This document shows, piece after piece, positions 1 to 11,980 of a stretch of 64,000 bases of DNA. The first letter of the stretch is position 1. Every line of letters starts with the position of its first letter. Origin of the DNA: Candidatus Peribacteria bacterium (GTDB taxonomy: Bacteria > Patescibacteriota > Gracilibacteria > Absconditabacterales > Absconditicoccaceae); the NCBI GenBank assembly GCA_031276875.1, contig JAISMG010000028.1, positions 11,465 to 75,464 on the forward strand, in the 5' to 3' direction. Position numbers and translations under genes: made by a program. Below the pieces are notes generated by a model. It did not search any database. It was not told where the DNA came from and saw only the letters and a program-made list of their open reading frames with translations.

Positions 1-622
1 TGAACAGTTTGCAACGGGGATTTTGCTCTACAAAAAATCAACGAAATCCTGGGAACAAGACACGTTATTAGAAGCGAAAGGTATCGTACAAACCTTGCTG
101 ACTTCATTGGGATTACATCAAGAGGTGAGCTATCAGCAGACTTCTTTCTCTTATTTTCATCCCAAAAAGCAGGGAAAGATTATGTATCAAGGACAACAGA
201 TAGGAAAAATCTGAGCATTCCATCCTTTGACCTTGAAAGAGCATAAAATCCCAGAAAATGCCAATACCTGTTTTGTTGAACTCAATCAAACGGTAATTGA
301 ACAGATAAAAAGCCAAGGGGAAGAAAAAACCTATGGCTATGAAACCACCCAAGACCAGATTGTACGAAGAGATTTGAGTTTTGTGGTGGAGGAACAGTCA
401 GATTTTTCAGAGCTGTTTAAAAGAATACAGTCTCTTTCTGAGATTAAAGAGGTAGAAGTGTTTGACCTCTATCAAGGTGAGAATTTACCCGAAGGGAAAA
501 AGTCTATTTCGATTAAGATTAAGATAGTGGGAGAAGGGAATATGACTACCGAACAAATCAATGAAGTAATGCAAAAGGCGATAAAAAAAGCTGAAAGTGT
601 TGGTGCGGAATTGAGAGGATAA
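1..622 (+). CDS. pheT: Phenylalanine-tRNA ligase beta subunit, C-terminal part (5' end outside window)
   Basis: FHPKKQG...IG(TGA)AFHP and FDX-ACB domain (RRDLSF, FDLYQG, AELRG); ORFs 23..214 and 227..622 join through TGA. Confidence 0.93.
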
Positions 623-979
623 TGAAAGTTGAGTTTTTGTTATTATCACTTGTAAAGGTCTTTCCCACCTTCTGTCAGTCAGTAAGTAGGGACTTCTCAC
701 CATTTTTTTGTATTTCGTTTCTGAATGACAATGCTTCCTTTGTATTCTTTTAGTCGTTATTACCAATCGTATACGCACGTTGACGGAAGAGGAATACTTG
801 AAACATTGTAACAGATACAAAAAGTAATGTAAGAATGAATTAAATGAATTCATACCTCATAAAAATTAAATCATAATTTCGACTTGATTTTTGTGTTCAT
901 ATAATTATCATTCTTTACGACGTTAAATGTTTTGGTGAGTTATGAATTGGTATATCTCTAAAAAACCTCTTCTAAAAGA

Positions 980-1052
980 GGGTGTGTAGCTCAGGGGTTA
1001 GAGCAGTCGGCTCATAACCGATTGGTCGTTGGTTCGATTCCAACCACGCCCA
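980..1052 (+). tRNA. tRNA with CAT anticodon, probably Ile2 (elongator Met not excluded)
   Basis: Acceptor gggtgtg/cacgccc, D-arm tagctcag..gg, loop ctCATaa, T-arm ggttcgattcc; stem resembles known Ile2 tRNAs. Confidence 0.9.
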
Positions 1053-1079
1053 AGTCGAATGCCCGACACTAAAAAAACT

Positions 1080-1154
1080 GGTCTTATCGTCTAGTGGTTA
1101 GGACAGGAGACTTTCAATCTTCTAACCGGGGTTCAATTCCCCGTAAGACCGCCA
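1080..1154 (+). tRNA. tRNA-Glu(TTC)
   Basis: Cloverleaf, loop ctTTCaa, ends GCCA. Confidence 0.95.
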
Positions 1155-1172
1155 TTTTAAATGGTGAATACT

Positions 1173-1249
1173 GGGGTGGTAGTTCAGCTGGTTAGAACGC
1201 CTGCCTGTCACGCAGGAGGTCGACGGTTCGAGTCCGTTCCATCCCGCCA
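1173..1249 (+). tRNA. tRNA-Asp(GTC)
   Basis: Cloverleaf, loop ctGTCac, ends GCCA. Confidence 0.95.
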
Positions 1250-1315
1250 TCTTAAAATGGCATAAAAAATCTCTTGAAAAAGCTGAGCAAAAATGTATAG
1301 AAAATGTCGCATTAT

Positions 1316-1392
1316 GCGGGTGTAACTCAATTGGCTAGAGTTCCTGCCTTCCAAGCAGACTGTTGCGGGTTCGAGTCCCGTCACCCGCTCCA
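1316..1392 (+). tRNA. tRNA-Gly(TCC)
   Basis: gcgggtg/cacccgc acceptor, loop ctTCCaa, ends TCCA. Confidence 0.95.
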
Positions 1393-1734
1393 AACGATAT
1401 TTTACCACTGTCAAAGTGGCTAAACATACTATGCAGAGCTGAGATTTGAGGAGTTTGAAACCCCTCATTTTTTGTCTATCATAATAGCAAAAGAAATGCA
1501 GTTTCATTGATAGGGTTATCTTCAATTTGTTGTTGTACAGGTTCCTTTTCTTGTTCCCATAATGACCGTTCTTCTTTCAATTTTTGGATGAGTTCAATTT
1601 TACTTAGATTTTTTCTACTACTGTCATTTTAATGTTGCTGGAACATTCTTTGTAATCTTCCTTGACAATACATTGTATTTTTGTATGCTCTTTTTTGAGA
1701 ATACCTTATCTCCAACATCTTTATCTTTTCATAG

Positions 1735-2583
1735 ATGAATATGAAAATTCTGAATAGCTTTGACACAAAATTAGATGAACACGAACTATTGGAAGCCATT
1801 AAAAAATATGGAACAGGAAATGCTATTTTGACCAAAAGGCATTGGGTATTTCTCATTGCTCCTCTTTGTCGATTGGCTACAGCTATGCTCCTTTTTTGTA
1901 TTTCTGTTTTGTTTTCTTGGTATCAATATTATGATATTCATCCTTCCATTTTTTGGAGTGTAAGTAGTGCACAATTTTCTGTCACTTTAATTTGGATTAT
2001 TCATAGTGTGCAAATCATTTTTCATATGATTAGAAAATATAGAGGCAGAATATGCCAAGAAAAAATAACTTCTCAAGAGCTCAAAGAAGGGAAATTTGAA
2101 TGGTATCTCAGACACAGCTTTCTTTCTCTCGTTTTGCAAATGATACTGATTTTTGTAGATATTGTTTTAGCACTCATTTTTCATATCAGTGCGTTAGAAA
2201 AACGGATGACTATCATTGGAGGAATGTGTATCAATGGTTTTTTTCTCATAGGAATTTACTTTACCATATTTAAACTCATTGATTATGAAATGGATTTCAA
2301 TATTTTCACTCCCGAACAGTTTGTCATTTATAGGCAACACGGGATTTTGAAAACTGAAACTACCAGTATTGCTACTTCTACCGTTAAAATGGTAAAAGAG
2401 GTAAAACAAGGGTTTTGGGGTGCATTGTGGGGATATGGGAAACTTTCCATTCATCCAGAAGGTGGAGCAAATAATTCACCTCCCGTTAGGATTTCTTATG
2501 TAAGTAGACCAGAAATTTTAGTGAAAAAGCTGAATGCTTTTATCGACGAGAGCAAAAGAATGAGAGAAACTCCCTTATCCTAA
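1735..2583 (+). CDS. Membrane protein with C-terminal bacterial PH-like domain
   Basis: About 4 hydrophobic segments, KRHW motif, C-terminal QGFWGALWGYG.L.I. Confidence 0.65.
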   Translation: MNMKILNSFDTKLDEHELLEAIKKYGTGNAILTKRHWVFLIAPLCRLATAMLLFCISVLFSWYQYYDIHPSIFWSVSSAQFSVTLIWIIHSVQIIFHMIRKYRGRICQEKITSQELKEGKFEWYLRHSFLSLVLQMILIFVDIVLALIFHISALEKRMTIIGGMCINGFFLIGIYFTIFKLIDYEMDFNIFTPEQFVIYRQHGILKTETTSIATSTVKMVKEVKQGFWGALWGYGKLSIHPEGGANNSPPVRISYVSRPEILVKKLNAFIDESKRMRETPLS

Positions 2584-2590
2584 TCAGACT

Positions 2591-3310
2591 TTAAAAGTTT
2601 TCTGGGAGCTGCTTTTGAAAGCAATGTTGAGGAAACAGTTGTTTCAAAAACAATTTACGATGGATATCACTTACTCCAAATTTGGCAATAATTGCTCTAT
2701 GAAAAGCGGTTCCATACCCTTTATGTTGAGCAAAAGCGTAATTATGATATTTGGAAGGTAATGAACTCATCACGTTATCACGAGAAACTTTTGCCACAAT
2801 AGAAGCCATAGCAATTTCTTTTATCTTGGCATCACCCTTAATGATGGTCATAATGTCCAATGTAGGAAAGGTGTTCTTGAGACGAAAATCTCTATTCCCA
2901 TCAATAACAAGGTGAAAATGTATCTGCTGTGTTGTGCTTAATTGTAAAAGCGTATCACGAAAGGCTGAATATGAAGATGGAATTTGTAATTTTCCTTTCA
3001 TCACTTTTCTTGTCATTAGTGCCAGTCCTCTTGTAATTGCCAGATTAAGAGCATTGGTAATACCGTAGGTATCGATTTCTGTAGCTGTAGCAAAAGCAGA
3101 CAAAGCAATTAGCTTTTTTTGTTGTTGAAGCGATTGAATATGAGCAAAGCATGTTTCTCTTTGTTGCTGAGATAATTTTTTACTGTCTTCAAAAATGCTG
3201 ACTTCTAGGCGGGTAAGTGTTTTATAAGGAAGAATAAGTCCTACATAGAGAGGTCAAGCCAAAGGTCATCTTCCTGCTTCGTCAATGTAGATTGAAAAAT
3301 GTTGTTGCAT
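2591..3310 (-). CDS. rnhB: Ribonuclease HII
   Basis: IDEAGRG(TGA)PLAG(TGA)P, KGDA, ASIVAKVSRD, HKGYGT, HR motifs. Confidence 0.95.
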
Positions 3311-3356
3311 AGCATGGAGTATATCAAATTGTAAAGAAAAAGCAAACTCCTTACAT

Positions 3357-3390
3357 AAAACAGCGAGGGATATCTGCCTTTCGCTGTTTT
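3357..3390. terminator. Intrinsic terminator downstream of infB
   Basis: aaaacagcga...tcgctgtttt inverted repeat. Confidence 0.65.
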
Positions 3391-3402
3391 CGTTCGCTTA
3401 AT

Positions 3403-5973
3403 TTAGTCTTCCTTCTTTTCCTGCATTTCGTAAAATTCCAAGACATCACCGATAATAATCTTTTTTCCGACTTTGACTTTCATTCCACAATCCTCTCCAG
3501 CAATGACTTCTTTTACTTGGTCTTTATTTCTCTGCAAGGACAGCATTTCCCCTCCAGAAATTATTTCTTCTCCTCTGAATACTCTAAATTTCAGCTTATT
3601 TTTCACCTTTCCTTCTATCACCAATCCTCCAATCGTCATTTCTCTGGTTTCTGTAAAGAAAATCGCCAACACGTTCAGCTTTCCAACTACTACCTCTTCC
3701 TGCTCGATTTCCACCATTCCCAATAACAGATTGGACAGATAATCGGTTAATTCATAGATAATATCAAATGATTTGATTTCCACTTTGTGCTGTTCCGCTT
3801 TCTTTTTCAGCAGACTATTGATACTTACATTAAATCCAATTAAAAGAGATTTAGAAACCTGAGCTAACGATACATCACTTTCCGAAAAATGTCCTACATC
3901 GCTATGTACGATTTTTATCACCACATTTTTTGGTAATTGTAATCCTTGTACCGCTTGTAAAAGAGCTTCCAAACTACTTGCTCCTTCCGCTTTTAAAATC
4001 AGCCTTAATTCTGATATTTTGTTTTCACCTGCTGATTTCAGTTGAGCTAAGAATTCTTGTACGGCACCTTCAGCAGATTTTCCTCTCTCTTGAGCTTGAA
4101 TTTTGGCAACTTTCATTTGTGCTTCTTTTTCATTTTGCACAACTTCTACAATTCTTCCTGCTTCGGGCAATTCTGGAAATCCCAAAATCTGTACGGGTTC
4201 TCCTCCAACGACTTTTTGGATGGGTTGTCCTTTTCGGTTCTGCATTCTTTTTACTTTTCCGTACGTATTGTAAGCGAGTACAATATTTCCCATTTGAAGG
4301 GTTCCCGTCAAAATGATAACACTTGCGACCACTCCTTGTTTGGGGTCTTTGTAACTATCTACGACAACGCCTACTGCTGACCTATGAGGATTATATTTCA
4401 GTTCTAGCATTTCTGCTTGTAAAAGTACCTGTTCCAACAGTTTATCAATACCTTCCCCTGTTTTGGAAGAAATGCCAATGACGGGCGTATCTCCTCCCCA
4501 CGCTTCAGGAGTCAATCCTTGAGCAGCAATATCTGCGATGATTTGGTCAATATTTTTTCCCGGTTTATCAATTTTGGTAATCGCAATAATAACCGGTACT
4601 CCAGCGGCTTTGGCGTGGTTGATACTTTCAATGGTTTGAGGCATTACGCTGTCATCTGCTGCGATAACGATAATCGCAATATTCGTAAGTTTTGCACCTC
4701 TGGCACGTAAAGACGTGAAGAGTTCGTGTCCGGGAGTATCAATAAACGTGATTTTCTTTCCGTGGTATTCCACGACAGAGGCTCCGATAGATTGCGTAAT
4801 CCCTCCAGCTTCTCCTTCTGCTACTCCAGTTTTTCTCAGATAATCCAAGAGCGAAGTTTTTCCGTGGTCAACGTGTCCCATTACCGTTACGACAGGAGCT
4901 CTTTCCAAACGTACAGGAGCTTCTTTGTCCAAATCCAAAATTTTCTGCAAATCCCCACTCATAAAACTTTCCATATCCAGTTGGGTTTCATTTTTTTTCA
5001 CCTCTACATTAAAATCTGTTCCAATCAACATTGCCGTATCAAAATCAAGGGAAGAGTTAATACTGGTCATAATCTTATTTTCCATCAGCTTTTTCATTAC
5101 TTCTATGACCGGCACTCCCATTTTTTCAGAAAATTCTTTCACCGAAATTTTTTCGTCCATAAAGAGTTCAAATTTTTTTACCAGATTTGCTGAAGTAGTA
5201 GCTTCTTTTTGTACTTTAGGACTATCGGAAATGCGAACAGGTTTTTCATTTTTATGGTGGTTATCATTGCGTTCATTACGTTTATCGTTATTGCGAGCTG
5301 GAGCAGGTGTTCCTCATTTTCTATGTTCATTTTTATGAGGAGAAGTAGGATGAGAAGGTTTCCCATTGGTTTCTTCCATTCTTTTTCTGGCTGCATCAAA
5401 GACATCTGATGAACTTACCCCTTTATCTTTGGGAGTGTAAGTGCCTTGCTGAATATGTACGTTTCCATTGGGTTTTTTATGGTGATGAGGTCTATGAGGT
5501 CTTTCTGTTCATTGTTTTTCTGGTCATTTTTTCTCGTTTCTTTGTTGCGATGGCTGGGAAGGTGTAGGTTCTCTTTTTTCCTTCTTTTCACGAGGCGAAG
5601 CAGAGCGAGCTGCAACATCAAAGATATCTACTTTAGACGTCGTAATGGTTTCATTTTTCCCAAAAAACTCATCTAAATCAATTTTTTCTTTAGCTTTTTC
5701 TTCCTGTTTGGAAAATCCTAATCCGGAGAGAAAACCGCCACCGCCAACGCCAATTTCATCAGATTTCAAGACTTTGTCTTCTTTTTCGATAGGGGACGTG
5801 GTAGTAAAATTTTTGGGAAGTTTCGCAACAAAGGTTTGCATTTTTTCAAGATTTGCATCGCTTACGATAGTGGTTTTATTTGAAAAAGGTTTACCTACAA
5901 CTTTCTCATAGAGCTTGGCGAAAAGGTCTTTTTCTATGTGGAGCATCTTAAGAGCATCTGAAATACTTGGCAT
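3403..5973 (-). CDS. infB: Translation initiation factor IF-2 (856 aa)
   Basis: GHVDHGKT, DTPGH, TKID G-motifs; N-terminal ORF joined via TGA=Gly. Confidence 0.96.
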
Positions 5974-6043
5974 ACAGCAATACAAAAAACAATAAAAATC
6001 TGACGTTATATGTAGGGATTTTGTTTACAAATGCAAGAGGAAA
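5861..6043. repeat. 183-bp direct repeat copy 1 (infB 5' end plus upstream region)
   Basis: Matches 9910..10092 with 4 mismatches. Confidence 0.95.
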
Positions 6044-6085
6044 GAGGAAATTTTAAGCATTTGGATAAAGAATGTAAGAGAGGGG

Positions 6086-8398
6086 TTATTTTTTTCGAAA
6101 AGATATAGGATTAATACTTCGAAAAGATATAGGATTGAGATATTCTTCTAGTAAGGAAGAATTGATAGTTAGAGGAATTCCTATAGGAATTTCTGAATCA
6201 GCAAAACCATTAGATTCTAAAATAATTGTGCATATTTCGTCAATATTGGCTTTTTCTTTAAAAACTTTTTGTTTATCTCTCGCTTCTCTTACTTGAGCAT
6301 ATAATGATTTTTCTTTAGTAACTTGTATTTCTCATAAAGAATTTATTTGTCTTGGTGTCTGGAGATATTGTGATAGTCCTTGAACGACGCTCGCATATCT
6401 TATTCAATCATAAATTATTCCAGTTTTCTTTTTTCATCATAAAATATCTATATAGTTTATTTTATATACGGGGTCATTAGTAGGTTTGGGATTATATCTT
6501 AATCAGAGTTTTTTTGCACAATATTTCTGGAAGTCAAGTAAAGTTTTTGCATTAGATTTTTGTAATAGTTCGGTAAGTGTTCCTATACCAGCATTATAAG
6601 CAAAATGAACAAAATACTGAAATTCAGGAGGAGTAAGATTTATATTATATTTTTGTATAATGTTTTTTACATATTTTGTTACAATAAATTTATGATATAT
6701 GTATGAAAGGATGATATTATCTATAGGATTTTCTTTTTTTAAATTCAATAATTTTAATGAAGGATATTGTCTATATATTTCTGTAATTGCAGTATTCGTC
6801 AGCTGTCCGTAACCAATAGCACCACTAGATGAAATATTACTATGTGTTAACAAAGTTTCTTTGATAAAAATAGGGAGTAAATATTCAAAAGAAAAATCTC
6901 CATTAAAAATTTCCTTTAATTTTGGTATATTTTCTATCTTTCCTTGAGCTTTTCTAAAATCACGATGAGCGTCTATATATTTGATATTAAGACTATAAAC
7001 TCTCATTGCGAGGTTATCATTTGACTTTTGTGTGGGGAAAATATTATTGGAATTTTTAGGTTGTTCTGGCACACTTTTTTTTCATTGAGGAATGCCATTT
7101 ATCTTGCTGATTACATCCGATTTTTCGAGTCACGAAGTCATATTAGTTACTTGTGTTTTTCCATAACTTTTATCTTTGCCTTTTTGAACCTTCTGAATTC
7201 CATCTGTTCGCTCATTTTTTATAGCTTTCAAATTTGCATCAAATTCTCACATAGCAACATTAGGATCAAAGAGGGTGTAATTATTAGGTAATCATAATTT
7301 TTCCCAGTTCACGTAATAAGGATCTCGTTTACGTCATCTAAAAGGTTTATTTTCTTTATTAGATTTTTTAGGTTTTGTATAAGCAATCTGACTATGAGTT
7401 AAAATATCAGAGACTTTTAATTCTTCTCAATTTCCCTTTTTATAAGTCTTTGCTATCCATTTTAATAATTTTTGAAGAGACTCATATTGCGGATCAGTTC
7501 GTTCTATTCCACCTCAAGTTTCTACCTCAATTCATATAGATTTATTGGTAAAATCTTCCGTAGCAAAATCTCCCCATTGAGACACCCCCGCATGAGTTAG
7601 TCATACTACTTGACCTTTTATGAAGTTTCTTAAAATTTCTCAATTCGGACGTATTACGAATTGTGCTGGAGCTCCATTGTTTTCTATATTTTTTTGAGTA
7701 AATCAGTTCCCTGCCGTACTATGTAATACTATTTTTTCCACAGTTGTTATTTTTTTTCCACTATTTAAAGGAGGTTGTGGCTTCTTTGCATTTACTATAG
7801 TCATAGAGGGATTTCCATCAATATTACTATACATTTCTGTAATTTTCTTATCTCCCTGAGTTTCATATTTTTCAGCCATGCCATTGATATTAGCGTATTT
7901 TTTTCATGATGTAAATCTTTCTTTGTTTTCTGTCAGAGGATTGTTTGTATTTTCTTTATTTTCTGTTTGTCTTAATACATCAGCATTGTTAGGATTTTGT
8001 GATATTTTATTTCATTCTTTAATTTTTTCTACTCGTTTTTTATTGTAGACTAGTTTTTCTCATTGCTTTAAATTATCATCCTTTTTATTATTTATTATCT
8101 TTAAATATTTTATTAGTTCATTTACTGTTGTATCATCTGCACCTAAAGAACGAGCTATTTTGGAAAGAGTATCTCCTTTTTGCACCGTATATTCTGTATT
8201 AGTTTTTTCTGTTTGCTGTTCTGTAGGTCTTTTACTTTGTATTTCTTCTTTTAGTGGCGAGATTCCTGCGATACTTTCAGCCTTTATAATATTTTCTTGT
8301 TGAATATTATAGGATAAGGAAGATAATTGTGTAGTAAAGAGGGTATTTGTTCGTTGGAATTCAGTTTCAGGAGCTTGGGATTTTTCTATATCAGCCAT
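6086..8398 (-). CDS. Multidomain peptidoglycan hydrolase: LysM + N-acetylmuramoyl-L-alanine amidase + lytic transglycosylase (770 aa)
   Basis: One frame with TGA=Gly; YTVQKGDTLSKIA; IVLHST..AQFVI..THAG..SIGIEV..QYESL..ILTHSQI; IKET..GAIGYGQL..NPIDNI..AYNAG. Confidence 0.85.
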
Positions 8399-8423
8399 TA
8401 CGATTTTTTTATAAAATAAAAGA

Positions 8424-9743
8424 TTATTTATTTGTCTCATAGGACCATATTACTCATTTGGGAAAATTTTTTCGTCCAAGAGGAATGGTATAGATTTCCG
8501 GATTCATTAGTTCGGAAAGAGTAACAGCTTTTTGTTGTCCATTTTCCCCAGAAAGTCACGGATTTCAGGGATTGAGTCAATTTTTCCCTTGATTCCCTTG
8601 GGTTCATTCAATACATTTTTTTGCATTTCTTAAACCGTCTTCATTAAAATGAAGAAGTACAATACTTCCATTAGCCAACTTATTTCCGTTATTTACTGGT
8701 GCATCTTTATTTTCCTTTACGAGAGAAGGATCTGTATATATCCATCAAATAGGCAAATATCCATGTTTTTTCAAAACATTTAAAAGCTCTTGTTTTTTTG
8801 ATCGTCCACCTCCTCATCCTCCAGGAAAGCGGAAAAATGGATATTCTATTTTCATACGTATAAGATTATCTCTTCATAGATACTTTTCATACATTTCTTC
8901 TCGTTCTTCAATTTCTTTTTCTAAAGTTAAAGGGGTGAGTGAATAATTATGACTGACAGTATGATTACAAATTTGATGTCCTTCAGCTATCGCTCTTTTT
9001 CGTAATGTTGCTTTGTACTTTATATTGTTGCCTGTGATGAAAAAGGTGGCGTGAATTTCATTTTCTTTGAGTAAATCTAAAATTTCACTTACAAAACTAT
9101 TTCCGTCATCAAAAGTAAGTGCAACTTCTTTCTTTGTAATATCTCATAAAATAATCGGTTCTGTGATTTTTTTTATAAGTGCTTTATAAGGACTTTCTTT
9201 TTCTTGTTGTTTTTCAATTTTTTCTTTTTGCTTTTGTTGGTTTGTTTCTTCTTGTGCTTTTATTTTAATCTTTTCTTGTTCAATTATTTTTGCTTTTTCT
9301 TGAGGATTTTCTTTTTTGTTTTCTGATATAATAGTATCTTTTAGGGTTTTTAGCCCTTGCTTCAATAGATAATTTGTAATAAGGGTATTTATTTCTGTAG
9401 TACTATATCGTAAAACTGTTCCGTAACGGATATGGTTACTATCTTTTATTGGAGTTTGTGTATTTTTATTATTTGTATAAAGTATTATATATTCAGCAAG
9501 TATCTGCTTTAACAGTCAATCTTTTTCATATCCGATTCCTCCATTTTGAGAAATAATGTTTTCTATTTCTTTACCTATTCCTTCTCCTGATTGTAGTAAA
9601 GTAAAAGATTTATCTTCAGGATGTTCTATTTTATTAATATATATATCACTATTTTCTTTTTGAAGTTTTGTTTTTCAATGTTCGGTTGATTGTTTACTTT
9701 TAGGGTATATATCATCCCCATTATTATGATTTTCTAGTATCAT
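8424..9743 (-). CDS. Polysaccharide deacetylase (CE4/NodB family) with long N-terminal extension
   Basis: VALTFDDG, ATFFITG, GHQICNHTVSH, FRFPGG, GSIVLLH motifs. Confidence 0.9.
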
Positions 9744-9909
9744 TGGTATAAAAAGAAAGAAATAAAATATTCTTACATTTTTGCAATAAATCTTCTACTA
9801 TATTATACTCAATTCCTTTTCATTTGTCAAATTTTAATGTAGAAAAATTGATTCCTTTTGTTATCTCGGTTCTTATCTAAGTTTTTTCTTCTTTTCAAGG
9901 TTAGCGTAA

Positions 9910-10092
9910 CTTACGATAGTGGTTTTATTTGAAAAAGGTTTACCTACAACTTTCTCATAGAGCTTGGCGAAAAGGTCTTTTTCTATGTGGAGCATCTTAA
10001 AAGCATCTGAAATACTTGGGATACAACAATACAAAAAATAATAAAAATCTGACGTTATATGTAGGGATTTTGTTTACAAATGCAAGAGGAAA
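9910..10092. repeat. 183-bp direct repeat copy 2 (dead infB 5' end, ATG->ATC)
   Basis: Matches 5861..6043; start codon changed at 10020. Confidence 0.95.
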
Positions 10093-10434
10093 TACCTATT
10101 TCAAAGTAAATTGCAACTGAAAATGGAAACAACCATAAACTATGGGGAAACGTGCCCCCTCTATCTATTCCTTTTTTCGTTTTTACCCCTTTATCCTTTT
10201 AATCCTATGAGAGGGTCTCAAGGTGCTTGTATAGTAGCAGGAGTAGACACTCATTGCTTTACTGGTAATGCTGGTTGTGGTTTTATTTTATTAGTATCAA
10301 CTTTTAAAAAAAAACAAAAAAATTCTTAAGAATGAAAAAAAGGGGAGGGTACATACTCTTTTTTCCTCCCCTTAAGCAACTTTGTAAAAGTTATCACCGA
10401 AAAAACCGGCGGAATGCAGTATAATCAATAGTAA

Positions 10435-11814
10435 CTAAAAGTCAAGTAAATATTTTTTACGCTTCTTTTCTCTCCAAAATGCACTTTGTCTTGTCAAAAA
10501 TTTCTCGTCGTCAGCATTGAGCAAAAAATATTTCACACTTTCTTCCAAAAAAATTGTATTCTGACTGCCTTTAAATACCAGTAAAGGAAACGTAGCTTTC
10601 CCGTTATGCTCTTCAGCTTTTTTTAACTCCTTTTCCAGAGCAGTATTTAACGCTTTTAAATGCTTGGCAACATACAGCTGTTTCGTATTAAATCCGATTT
10701 TTCTCAGTTCATCTGCTAAATATTCCTGCATTGATGAACCAAGAAGAAACAGTTTATCTGCGGTTTGGGATACATATCCTGCCAAAAGTCTGTGTTCTTT
10801 TTCTGTTAATGCTCCCAATTCTCTCATATCTCCCAAAATCAGCCATATCTCCGACTGAGGAAACAGCTGAGAACGCAGCGGAAGCACCGTATCAATAATC
10901 GTCCTCACACTCTGGGGAGACGCATTATAGGTAGAGTCAAACAGAAGCGTATGATATTTCCCAGCAAAGAGGGAAAGTCTGCCAGGCTGAAGCGTATAGT
11001 TCAACAGTAAAGGAGAAGTAATAATTTGTCATTGTTCATCATCCTGATATGCCAAAATTTCCACGATGGCGAGAGCTACACCGATATAGCCATAATTTAC
11101 TTTCCCCATCAAATTGGTTTGGATGTGGTAGGTGTTCCCTTTTAACTCTACATCAAAAGCTGAACTGATTTCGTGGGGAACTGCTCCAAGTACGAATTTG
11201 CAATCGGTGAAAGCAATATCTGCCTGCTTTTCATAGCCCTTGGTCTGATAAGTCAGTTTGTCCACCTGAATGCGAGGCAAGAGTTGCATTGCGTAGGTAT
11301 CGTCTTGATTGAGAAAAACTACTTCTTTGGTGTGCAGTGCCATTTTGCTTTCCTCATTGGCAATAGCAGCAGGAGAGCCGAACTGTTCACTATGCACCGC
11401 ATCTATTGCGGTAAAAATTCCGATATCGGGATGAGCTACTTTGAGAATAAAATCCATTTCTCACGGGCGGTCAATCCCATATTCCAACAGAATAATATCA
11501 TAACGTTTCTTTCCAAACAATGCACGAACGAGTGTCACTCGAAAGGTAGTAAAAAAGCAACGAAGCGTCGGTTCTCGATGAGTAATTTCAAATACGGACA
11601 AAGAAAGTCAGAGTTCTCCATTAAAGTTTTTGGGAGAGGTGGAAATTTGTTTATGAGGAAAAAAATGCTGAAGTGTTTGATAGACAATCATACGACACGA
11701 AGTTTTCCCGACGCTCCCATTGACACCAATGACTTTGGGTTGGTGGCGTGTGAGGTAATGGTGAGCAAAGGCGATGAGGATGCGATAGTAGAGGCGAAGA
11801 AGGTGCTGTTTCAT
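10435..11814 (-). CDS. murF: Mur ligase, MurF-like
   Basis: GVNGSVGKTS, NFNGELG, LEYGID, DSTYNASP, LGDMRELG, KGSQ. Confidence 0.85.
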
Positions 11815-11980
11815 TGTGCTACAGAGAAAAGTAAGGATAGGTATCTGTTGGAGAGGCTAGGGATATGCAAAAAGAAAGCAAGAGGAAAACAAAAATACAA
11901 AAATTATTTGCAATCAGATTTCTTTTTTGTATAGTATCACTTACACGAAAAAAGTGCTATTTTATTAAATATCTATTCCA

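Noticed and set aside
1316-1392. TGA-decoding tRNA-Gly
   Set aside because: Anticodon is TCC, not TCA
1208-1525. 105-aa minus-strand ORF
   Set aside because: Antisense shadow of the tRNA genes
10111-10329. Small gene between murF and the island
   Set aside because: Plus ORF has no recognisable features; the minus-strand frame has no start; at most a remnant
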